Of a DNA stretch of 64,000 bases, positions 18,071 through 27,200 are shown one piece after another. This DNA is from a virus, in IMG/VR virus record IMGVR_UViG_3300005688_000028, positions 27,634 through 91,633 of that record; one strand, 5' to 3'. The notes beneath the pieces were generated by a model. That model was not told where the DNA came from and searched no databases. It saw nothing but the letters and a program-made list of their open reading frames with translations. The number at the start of each line of letters is the position of its first letter. Within the stretch, counting starts at the first letter, position 1. A program made the position numbers and the translations under genes.

Positions 18071-21000
18071 TTACGCCTTGAGCGAGCCCTTCCAGAGCGT
18101 CACGAACGCGCGGAGCGCCTTCGTCATCTTGGCCTTGGGCGTCTTGGCCTCACGCTGCTTCATGTGGCTCTCCGCGGTGCTCGGGCTCATGTTGCGCTCG
18201 GGGTTCTTGTAGAGCACATCCTTGACGGCTTCGCGGAGGTAGCGGGCGGCCTTGTCGTGGTCGCCCGCCGCGTGGAGCTCGGCGGCCTTCTTCGTGTGCT
18301 CGTGCGCGTCAAGGCGGTCGTGTTCCTTGCCTTTGAGGCCGTAGCGCTCTTTCGCCTCGGCGACGCGGTCGGCGTGGGATGGGGCGGGCGTGGCCTCGGG
18401 CTTTCGCTCGACCTCGGGGGCTTCGCGAAGTGGCGGCAGCCGATCGGGCTTCGGTGACGAGGACGGCCACATGGCTTGTGCCGTCGCTGGTCTTTCGCGA
18501 AGTGGCGGGGTCCTGCCCGCGCTATCCTGCTTCAACGTCCCGGGGCGGTCCGGCTTCTGCGCGGACTCCACCGCCTTCGGCTCGGGCTTGTCGGCCTGCT
18601 TCGCCGCATGGGTCTTCACGGACTCGTCGCGGTCGACGTCAGCCTTGGGCTTCTGCGGCATCTCGCCCCGCGCCTTCAGCTCTTTGATGCCCCGGTGCAG
18701 CGTCTCCAGCTCGCGGTCCTCGCTCGCATACGGCGTCCCGGGCCGGCGCTTCTGCTCCTTCTGCGCAATGGCGATCTGGTTGTCGTGGTCGCCGATGGCG
18801 TTGGCGCCCCATGCCGAGTCATGGCTGTCATGCTTGGGGTCGGTCAGCGCCGCGTACGCGAAGTCGGCGTCGGCGCTTCGCTTGCTCGGCGCGGGGCTCT
18901 GCGCGGCCTGGGGCTTCTCCGTCTTCGCAGACGGCTCGTTGGGGTCGTCTCCGGGCTTGAACGCCGCGATCGTCGCGTCGCCGTATGGGCCGCGCTTCGT
19001 TCCGAGCATTCCGGGCGGAAAGTTGCCGCGAGAGCGATTGATCATCCATGGGAGGCCGGGCCTCTTGGTCCACACCACATGCGACGCCTCATGGCCCGGC
19101 CCCATGTCCTTCGGATGCACGGCGCGCGGATGGGCCTTCGTGGCCTCGTCGGCCTGACGGATGTCTTCGTCGGACCAGTGTTCATGGATCTGCCCGGTGC
19201 GCTTGTCCGCCTTCGGCTTCTCGACCTTGGACTTCTTCGGCTTGTCCGCCGGCGCCTCGATCTTGTGCCCAACCTTCGCGGCCTCGGCCCGGATCTTCTC
19301 CGCGCCCTTGTGGTTGCCCGCCGCGACGGCCTCGCCATGCTCACGCGTCAGCTTCGCCTTGTGCGCGTCGAGAGCGCCCTTGTGGTGCTCGGAGAGCTTC
19401 GCGGCGAGCTCGTCATGGGTCATCTTGACCTTCTTCCCACCGCTCGAGTGCGAGACATGCAGCTTGCCGTCCTTGACTCCATGGATCGTGTAGTGGCCCG
19501 CGCCGTGGGCGAAGCTGGCGCCCTCTTTGAAGTGCTCGGCGTTGTGGACGCCGCCCCCGTGCTGGACGCGGTAGAAGTAGCGGTAAATCTGCGCGCCCTG
19601 GCTCCCGTCTTTCTTCGTGCGGTACTTGCCCGTCGGGACTTTTTTCAGAAACGGCCCTCTGGACCCCGCCTTCCACAGCGCCGGCCCCACGAAGAGGCGT
19701 GCCAGCTCGGAACGCATCTCCACGACCTCGGCCCCGCGCGGCGTGATGAGAGCGCCACCCTTCGCGAGCGAAGCGCCCCATGCGAACTCGCCCAGCTTGC
19801 TCGCCATCGGGACCCAGGTGCCCTTGCCGAGCAATCGCTGCCAGAATCCGCGCTTCTTCTCGCCCACGGGGCGGCCCTTGTGGTCGCGGTATTCCGCACC
19901 ATCCTTGACCTGCGTCTTGCTCCAATACTTCCCCGTCTTGGGGCTCGCTTCGGGCGCGACCGAGAGGCCGCCCGCCTTGCCCTGGTGCTCGGCTTGGTGT
20001 CTGTCGTAGTCCGCGCGTGGCATCTTGCGCTTGTACTTGTCCCCGGGCTCGTGGATGTAAACGTGTTCCTTGCCCACGCTGATGTGTGCGTGGCGCGTCT
20101 GGTGGCGCCCATCGGGATACCAACTTTCCCACCCGTTCCCGACGCGCTTGTGCCACCCGCCGTGCTTGCTGTTCGGAATCGGCGTGAAGCCGGCCGGAGC
20201 GCGCTGTCCCTTTTCCATCGGCTTGCCCTCCATGATGTCGCCGAGGTCGATCACCCCGTCCTCGCCCGGCACCAGCTCGCCATCGGCCCAGAGCAGGCTG
20301 TCGTGAGCGGTGTTGTCCCCGGTGCTCAGCGCCTTCTTCATCGCGATCCCGTCCTTCGCGAGCAGCGCCCGCACGTCGTTGGCCGTGATCTCCTGGCCGC
20401 TCACACGAATCTTCCAGTCCTGCGCCGGGTTGAGCCGATAGCTCACATAACTGGACGTCGGAAGGTGCTGGCCCAGGATCTCCTTCGCCAGCGTGATCGG
20501 GGCCTTCGTGGTGGGTCGGTGCTCGCCGTTCTCGGCCGGCTCGAGCTCCACCGAATGCACGCGTACCGCGTGGACGTAGATCGTCCCCGGCTCGGGCGGG
20601 TTCTCCTTCGGCCCGGTGTAGTTGGTCTCGTCGCCCCGGTAGACGTAGGCGCCCCGGACCTTCTTGCCGTCGATCTCGAGCGGCCTCAGTCCGGTCTCGC
20701 GGTCGTGCTCGCGGGCGAGGCTGCGCTCCAATGACTCGCGCATCTCGCGGAGCGCCGTGTCGATGTGCTCTTGCGTGATGGGGATCGGCGTCCCGTCCTT
20801 ATCCCAGCCCGCCGACTTCAGAGCCTTCTCGACGAGGCTCTTGGGCATCGTGTCGAGGGCCTTGTAGGAGTCTTGGAGCATCTGGCCGTAGTCGAAGCCG
20901 AACACGACCTGGTCCTGCACCTTCGCGTCGCCGTAGACCTTCTTCTCGGCCCCGCGCCCCGCCTCCTTGCCGACCTTCTTGACCGTGACGGCCATGAAGC

Positions 21001-22312
21001 GCTCGGGGGGCTGGTCCTTGACCCAATGGCCCAGCGGATAGCCCGTGAAGTCCACCGGCACGTCCTTGGGCCGCGGCCCCCACTCCTCCCACGGCTTATT
21101 GCCATCGCCACCACCCCCCGAAGAGCCACCACCGCCCGCCGGGGGCTTCGGGGGCTCAGGAGGCTTCGCCGAGTCGGCCTTCGGTGCCTCGGGCATCTTC
21201 TCCTCGACCTTCTCCTCGGCCGGGAGCGGAGGCGGCTCCGTGTTCGTCGGGACACCGCGCGCCTTCATCTCGGCAAGAATCCGGTCGACGTGCTTCTGCG
21301 TCCCGTACTTCTTCGCGTCCCTCAGCTCGGCGTGAAGCCTCGCGGCGACCTCAGTCTTGCGGGTGTCGATCTTGGCCCCGTGGTGGGCCTTGAGGCGGGT
21401 CGCCAGCTCGTCGTGGGTCAGGTGCTCCGTGACGCCCGGCTTGCCCGAATGTGTCACCTTCAGCTTGCCGTCCTTCACGGCATGGATGGTGTACTCGCCG
21501 CGCTCATGCGCGAACGTCGCCCCGGCCTTGAAGTCGTCCCTGTTGTCGACGCCGCCGCCCTGGTCGACCCGGTAGAAGTAGCGGTAGATCGGCGCGCCGG
21601 CCGACCCGTCTTTCTTCGTGCGGAACTTGCCCGTGGGGACCTTCTTGACGTAGGTGCCACCGACGGCCCCCTTGTGCTTCATCAGCGCGTCGGGCCGGAA
21701 GAGGCGATGCAGGTCCAGCGGAAGCGCCATGACGCCGTGGCGGTAGCGCGCCCCCTTCACCATGGACGCATCCCAGAGGGCCGCGCCGAACGATTCGTCG
21801 AGCGGCACCCACACCGCGCCCGGCTGGTCCGGGTCAAGCTGGCGGGCGACGCCAGCGGTCAGGAGCGCGTCGCCGGTCTCGACGAAGCTCACCGGCTCAC
21901 CGCCCGGCATGCCGTCTTCGAGGTGCGAGCGGAGCATCCACGCCGCCTTGGCGTGGGCCACGGCATGGCGGGTCATGAGGTCCAGGGTCGGGACGTCTCG
22001 CTCGCTCGCGAGGGCGAGCGCGGCGCAGTCCGCCTCGAGCCCGGAGCGGACCGTCGCGAGCATCGAGAGCATGGCCTGTGTGTCATCGGGAAGGGCCGAC
22101 GCACCGGGGATGGCTGTCACGCCCAAGATGACGCGGACGCCCTTCTGCCGGATGCGCTCGGCGACCTCGTCGACCATGTCGCCCAGCGCCTCGTACTCGT
22201 CGCCGAAGAGGCCGTGGAGCTGCGCGAACGTGGGGCCGGTGACGTTCCAGTGGAACGACTGCGCGAGGTCGCGCGCGGCGATGAGCTTCGCGAGGATGGT
22301 GTCGAGAGCCAT
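18071..22312 (-). CDS. Polyvalent putative internal virion protein: N-terminal Dps/ferritin domain plus two YRYFY modules
   Basis: FHWNVTGPTFAQLHGLF..DEVAER..WMLRS (Dps); two KKVPTGK..YRYFY modules; many LxK[AG] sites. Confidence 0.85.
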   Translation of the reverse strand: MALDTILAKLIAARDLAQSFHWNVTGPTFAQLHGLFGDEYEALGDMVDEVAERIRQKGVRVILGVTAIPGASALPDDTQAMLSMLATVRSGLEADCAALALASERDVPTLDLMTRHAVAHAKAAWMLRSHLEDGMPGGEPVSFVETGDALLTAGVARQLDPDQPGAVWVPLDESFGAALWDASMVKGARYRHGVMALPLDLHRLFRPDALMKHKGAVGGTYVKKVPTGKFRTKKDGSAGAPIYRYFYRVDQGGGVDNRDDFKAGATFAHERGEYTIHAVKDGKLKVTHSGKPGVTEHLTHDELATRLKAHHGAKIDTRKTEVAARLHAELRDAKKYGTQKHVDRILAEMKARGVPTNTEPPPLPAEEKVEEKMPEAPKADSAKPPEPPKPPAGGGGSSGGGGDGNKPWEEWGPRPKDVPVDFTGYPLGHWVKDQPPERFMAVTVKKVGKEAGRGAEKKVYGDAKVQDQVVFGFDYGQMLQDSYKALDTMPKSLVEKALKSAGWDKDGTPIPITQEHIDTALREMRESLERSLAREHDRETGLRPLEIDGKKVRGAYVYRGDETNYTGPKENPPEPGTIYVHAVRVHSVELEPAENGEHRPTTKAPITLAKEILGQHLPTSSYVSYRLNPAQDWKIRVSGQEITANDVRALLAKDGIAMKKALSTGDNTAHDSLLWADGELVPGEDGVIDLGDIMEGKPMEKGQRAPAGFTPIPNSKHGGWHKRVGNGWESWYPDGRHQTRHAHISVGKEHVYIHEPGDKYKRKMPRADYDRHQAEHQGKAGGLSVAPEASPKTGKYWSKTQVKDGAEYRDHKGRPVGEKKRGFWQRLLGKGTWVPMASKLGEFAWGASLAKGGALITPRGAEVVEMRSELARLFVGPALWKAGSRGPFLKKVPTGKYRTKKDGSQGAQIYRYFYRVQHGGGVHNAEHFKEGASFAHGAGHYTIHGVKDGKLHVSHSSGGKKVKMTHDELAAKLSEHHKGALDAHKAKLTREHGEAVAAGNHKGAEKIRAEAAKVGHKIEAPADKPKKSKVEKPKADKRTGQIHEHWSDEDIRQADEATKAHPRAVHPKDMGPGHEASHVVWTKRPGLPWMINRSRGNFPPGMLGTKRGPYGDATIAAFKPGDDPNEPSAKTEKPQAAQSPAPSKRSADADFAYAALTDPKHDSHDSAWGANAIGDHDNQIAIAQKEQKRRPGTPYASEDRELETLHRGIKELKARGEMPQKPKADVDRDESVKTHAAKQADKPEPKAVESAQKPDRPGTLKQDSAGRTPPLRERPATAQAMWPSSSPKPDRLPPLREAPEVERKPEATPAPSHADRVAEAKERYGLKGKEHDRLDAHEHTKKAAELHAAGDHDKAARYLREAVKDVLYKNPERNMSPSTAESHMKQREAKTPKAKMTKALRAFVTLWKGSLKA

Positions 22313-22313
22313 G

Positions 22314-24185
22314 CTAGATCCTCATGGGCATGATGATGTGGCGCTCGCCGTCGGTCCGGTGAAGGTCGAGCGGGCCATACTGGCCGCCGTGCGACACCCG
22401 AAGCGTCACCGGCCCCTTGTGGCCGACGAGCGCGTCTTGCAGGTACTTGGCGTTGACGGCGATCTGACCCTTGTCGCTGCCGGCCATCCAGTCGCCGCCG
22501 TCCTTGGCCGCCTTGTGCGTCTTGGCGTGGACCTTCAGGTCATCCGGGGCCTGGTGCTCGTGATCGGCGTGAGTCCGCAGGCTGGCGTGGAAACCTCCGT
22601 CGGCCGTGTGCGTGAACAGGATCTGCGGCGGGATCGACTTCGCGACCTTGTTGGTCTTGTGGTGCTCCTTCGCGGCGTCGATGAGTGCCTGGAGCGACTT
22701 GGTATCGAACGAGTGCTCCGAGGCCGCGAAGTCGGTGGTCGGGACGATGACGGCCCGGTGCCCGTCGGTCGCATACGCGAACTTCCCGTCGGCGTGGACG
22801 CCCGCGAGGTTCGGGCGCGTCGAGTCCTTACTCGCAAAGGTCGTGAGGCGCTTGACGTCCGCCTCTTTGGGCGTGTGGTCCTTGTGGGCATGCACGGGCT
22901 TGTCGGGAAGCTCTTTGGCCGCCTCGACGGCCTTCTTGACCTTGTCGACCGTGGCATCGGAGACGGACGAGGGGCGGGCTTTGGACTCATCCGCCTTCGG
23001 GGTGGTTGTTCCGCCTCGGCGGAACAACGACGACACGACCTCATCAGGCTCGCCAGACTCGTCATCACGAGACGCTTGGCTCTCTCCGTGCAGCTTACTG
23101 AATCGCGCACTCTCCGCCCCGCTCAGGGCGTAGAAGTGAGATCCGTCCGGTGCCAGCGCGACGGGTCCGCCGTTCCTGTCGGCGGGGCGGTATCCTGCCT
23201 CATGCAGTGCCCCGACCATTTCGGCGCGGGTCATCTGCTGGCCCTTGAACCGAACCTCTTTTTCGAGGTGGGTGTCGGAACGCTTCTGGCGCGCAGACTC
23301 AAGAGCCTTGTCGCGCTTCGCACGGGCCTCCTCTTGCGCCTCGGGCGACTTGCGGCGGGCGACCTCGCGCTCCTTCTCCTTCCTGGCCTCATCACGCCTG
23401 CGGCTGAACTCACCCCCGGAGATATGGTCGGCGATGGAAGCCACGCCGAACTTGACGCCAAGCTCCTTCGCGGTCGCCCGCATGGCGGGGCCATCAATAC
23501 CAGCCGCGCCCCGGCTCGCGGCGTCCGTCATGGACTTTGCTCGCTTGGACACCTCTTCGTCCGATAGGCCGGGCTGCGTGCGCTTGATGTGCTTCGCATA
23601 GACCTTCTCGAAGGACGCCCGGGCGCCCTCTGCCCCCTGCTCCACATGCCCCGCGTCAGCCGCTCGCTTCTTCGCCGCGGCGATCGTCTTCTCCGAGGCC
23701 CCATGCTTCTTGGCCTCCTCCAAGTCGGCGAGGGCCTGCTTCTTGGCCTTCTCGCGCTTCTCGGCGACCTTGGCGTCGTCCTCCTTACGGGCCTCGGCGT
23801 GCTCGCGATGGAGCATCGTGGCGAGGGCGTCCTTGTGGATTTTGTGCTCGGTCCCGGTCTCGTCGTGACGCACAGTGACGTGCCCGTCGCCATGGTCGTG
23901 CGTGACCTCGAAGTGCCCGTGCTCGCCCCCGTCCTTCATCCTGAAGGCGGCGCCCACCTTCATCTCGTCGTGGTGGCCGAGCCCGGAGCCGCCGATCGTG
24001 CGGTAGAAGTACCGATACCGCTGCTTGCCGGTCTTCGTGACCTTGCCCGGGATGGGGACCCTGCGCAGGTACTTGTGCGCCTTGCCCTTGGCAAGTGCGC
24101 TTAGGATGGCCTTCGCCATGAAGGCAGGAACGGTGCGCTCGGGCGCGAGCGCCTTCACCAAGGCTGCCAGTGCTTTCGTCGACAT
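22314..24185 (-). CDS. Putative internal virion protein: YRYFY module plus C-terminal beta-clamp-like domain
   Basis: HKYLRRVP..YRYFY; FASKDSTRPNLAGV..ATDGHR..NAKYLQDAL..IIMPMRI. Confidence 0.85.
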   Translation of the reverse strand: MSTKALAALVKALAPERTVPAFMAKAILSALAKGKAHKYLRRVPIPGKVTKTGKQRYRYFYRTIGGSGLGHHDEMKVGAAFRMKDGGEHGHFEVTHDHGDGHVTVRHDETGTEHKIHKDALATMLHREHAEARKEDDAKVAEKREKAKKQALADLEEAKKHGASEKTIAAAKKRAADAGHVEQGAEGARASFEKVYAKHIKRTQPGLSDEEVSKRAKSMTDAASRGAAGIDGPAMRATAKELGVKFGVASIADHISGGEFSRRRDEARKEKEREVARRKSPEAQEEARAKRDKALESARQKRSDTHLEKEVRFKGQQMTRAEMVGALHEAGYRPADRNGGPVALAPDGSHFYALSGAESARFSKLHGESQASRDDESGEPDEVVSSLFRRGGTTTPKADESKARPSSVSDATVDKVKKAVEAAKELPDKPVHAHKDHTPKEADVKRLTTFASKDSTRPNLAGVHADGKFAYATDGHRAVIVPTTDFAASEHSFDTKSLQALIDAAKEHHKTNKVAKSIPPQILFTHTADGGFHASLRTHADHEHQAPDDLKVHAKTHKAAKDGGDWMAGSDKGQIAVNAKYLQDALVGHKGPVTLRVSHGGQYGPLDLHRTDGERHIIMPMRI

Positions 24186-24231
24186 GCTCACCTCGTCAGG
24201 CCCGCATTGTGGGCTGGTGGCGGGGCGGGGG

Positions 24232-24241
24232 GTGAGCTTTC
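24232..24241 (-). promoter_or_regulatory. Late promoter motif (copy 3)
   Basis: GAAAGCTCAC-N20-CACAAT; overlaps upstream TGA stop. Confidence 0.75.
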
Positions 24242-27200
24242 ATCGGAGGAGTCGGGCGAGGCGCCCGAAGGCCCGGGTGGCCTTCTCCAGCCGTCCGGCC
24301 TCGTGGTCCCGCACCATGGCGATGACACCAGCCCAAAGATCATCGCCTCGTTCGGCCTTTTGATGCTGGCGACCATCGGGCTTCGTGATGATGATGTTGG
24401 TATGGTCGCCGCGCGAGTCGAGACTTAGGCGCGACCCGTCGCTCAGGCCGACCTCGTTCTTGACCCCAAACACAAGCCGCAACTTGTCGGGCGTCAGAGG
24501 TAGTGCCTTGCCGTCACTGTCAACGAGATGCACGCCTTTCGGCGATCTTGGGGCCTTCGGCTTCACGGGCTTCACGGGCTCGACCTTGATGGCGCGACCC
24601 TGCTCGTTGACTCGCCCCTCGACATAGGCGGCCCTGCGAGCCTTTGCCGCCCTCAGCTCGGCGACCGCCTCGACGTGCCGCTTCGCGGCGTCGATGCTCG
24701 CGTCCATGCGGCGCTCAGCGGACCTTGTCGAGCCTCCGCGCTGCCCGGTCGGCCTCATGCTCCCGGCGCCGAGCGGGAAGGCTTCGGCCATCGCCTTCGA
24801 GCGCTGGGTGTCGAACGGGCCTCCCCGGGCCACCTCGCGCTCGAGGCGGGCGATCTTCTCGTCGAGCTTCGCGGTGTGGGCGGGGTCGTGGCCCTCGGAC
24901 GGGACCTTGGCGTGCTCTGGAAACAGATCATGAATCTCCAGAGCGCCCCGCACCGCCATGGCCTCATCCGCGCGCCCCGCGAGCGCGTTCCCTGTCTGCG
25001 CGCGGCGCTGACTCTGGCTGGTCATGGATGTAGTTGCCTGAATGGCGGCGTGATGCTGCGATGCGTGCTTTTGGGCTTCTCTCGTGGCGACACCGAGCAT
25101 TTTTTGCAGTTCGTGCTTGGTCTTGGACCTAGCAAGCATCTTCATCCACGGAGAATACCAATCATCGTAGTCAACATCGTCGCGGCCGTACTTCCTGGCA
25201 CCCCCGCCCGATGTTGCGGGGTCGCGGCCCTCGGACGGCGTGACCGTGGCGACGGGAGGCGCCTTCGTGACCACCACCGTCCGCGTGGCGACCCCCGTGG
25301 AGTTGTCGCTGTCCTTGAACGAGCCCTCGGGGTTCTTCTCGCTCGTGCCGCCGTTGGCCTCGAGCCATTCGCGGAACGCCTGCGCCTTCTTGTCCGAGCG
25401 GAAGAACGGCCCTTCTGACATGATGGCGACGAGCTTACCGCCCGGCTTCAGGTTGCGCTCGAAGGCGTGTCGGACGTGCTCGATGTCCTGGCCGTCATCG
25501 AAGGGCGGGTTCATCACGACCTTGTCGTAGGTCTCGGCGTGATCGGTGGCGTCGTGGCCGACCACCTTGTGGCCCTTGAGGCTCAGCACGTCTCGGAGGC
25601 CGCTGTGCTGCTCCAGAACATGCACGTCGCCACCCTGCTCGCGCGCGAGGTCGGCCAGCGAGCCCTTGCCGGCCGACGGCTCGAGGACCTTCTCGCCGGG
25701 CTTGATGTCGGCTAGCTGCATCACGCGGTCTGCGAGCGGCTTTGGGGTCGGGAAGTAGCCGGGGATCTTGAGCCCCACGAGGGCGCGCTCGGCCGCCTTG
25801 ATGGGGTCGGCCTTGGGCTTGCCGGCGCCGCGCGCCAGCTCGACGTACTCGCGAAGGGCGGCGCGAAGCTGCGGGAGCGACTTGATCCCCATGCCCTCGC
25901 TGGCGCGCTTCCAGGTGGTCAACTGGTCGCGCACGTCATCGGCCGCGAAAGTCTCGACGCGGCGCAAGCGACCGGCGTCCGACAGCGCTTTGAAGTCTTC
26001 GCGCTCCTGCTCGGTGCTGGCCTTCACCTGCCAGTCCCGTTCGCCCAACTGAGCGATGCGCTTGAGCACGCGAGCCGCTGCCTGCTTCGCGCCCGGAACG
26101 TCTTTGAGCGCCTGCGCGAGCCCCTTCAGGTTGTCGCGATGAACGGACGGCTCGGGCGGGCGGGCGTGCTCGATGTCCTCGGGCGTGACCGCGCGGTGGC
26201 TCGTCTCGTTGTGGTCTGCCTTGCCGCCCGCCTCGCGCGTCGCTCGGTCTCGGTCGTACTTCGCTTGGCGCAAGATGTTGTCCAGCATCTCGACGTGGGC
26301 GCGCGTCTTGATGCCCCAAAGGTGCTTCGTGGACCCGGCCTCTTGCGCGTCGGCGATGAGCCTCATCCGGCTCGCGACCGCCTGCTCACCCATGGCCTGC
26401 GCTTCGGCGCTCCCCGCCATGTTGGCGCGACGGGCGGTGTTGACCTTGCGGTCCGCGCTCAGGCTCTCTTGGGCTCGGGCATGGGCGTTGTCGGCCTGCT
26501 CTCGGAGTCGGGCGGGGGCGTTCCCGTGGAGCGGGCCGGGCTTCTCGGGCTCGGTGACGGGCTCGGCGGCCTGTGCGGCCTCTCCGAAGCCCCCGAACTT
26601 GTCCGCGAACTGGCGGGCTGCGGCATCGGTCTTGAAAACGAAGCCCGGGATTGCGCCGTTGCCCCGAAAGCTCGAGTAGTAGCCGCCGATCGACTTCGCG
26701 TGAGCGTTGGCCTTGGCGTATTCGTCCGGGGCGAGGCGGTCCGCAAGCTGCACGGTCCAGATGTTGTGGCCGTGCTTCGTGTGCTTCCCGGGGATCACCT
26801 TCGCAGTCGTCTCAGTAGCGAGCGCCGAGCCCGCAAGGGTGGTGCGCTCTTGCGCGGCCTTTGCGCGCGCCGCATGGGCGTCTTCGTGTTCTTTCTGGGC
26901 CTGCGCTCGCGCGTCCTCGGCCACGAGCTCGTCATAGCGAACGCGCTGCTCAGGCGTGAGGCTGCGTTCGCCCTCGCGCGAGAGCGAGATCCGTGTTTTG
27001 AAGTCGGCGAGCGTCTTGGGCTCGATCACCGCTCCGATACGGGCCTTGTGCTCCTCGATGGCCTTCTTGCGACGTGCGGAGTAGGCCGCGATAGCCTCGT
27101 CGGTGAGCTTGTCGACCTCGCGCGTGATTGCGGCGTCGTAGGTCTCGCTGAATGGCGACCACTGCGTTGACGACGAGACGTGGAAGCTGCCCAGGATGCT

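Noticed and set aside
18422-18510. 15-bp repeat TTCGCGAAGTGGCGG (PPLRE twice)
   Set aside because: Short duplication in a low-complexity tail; no functional evidence
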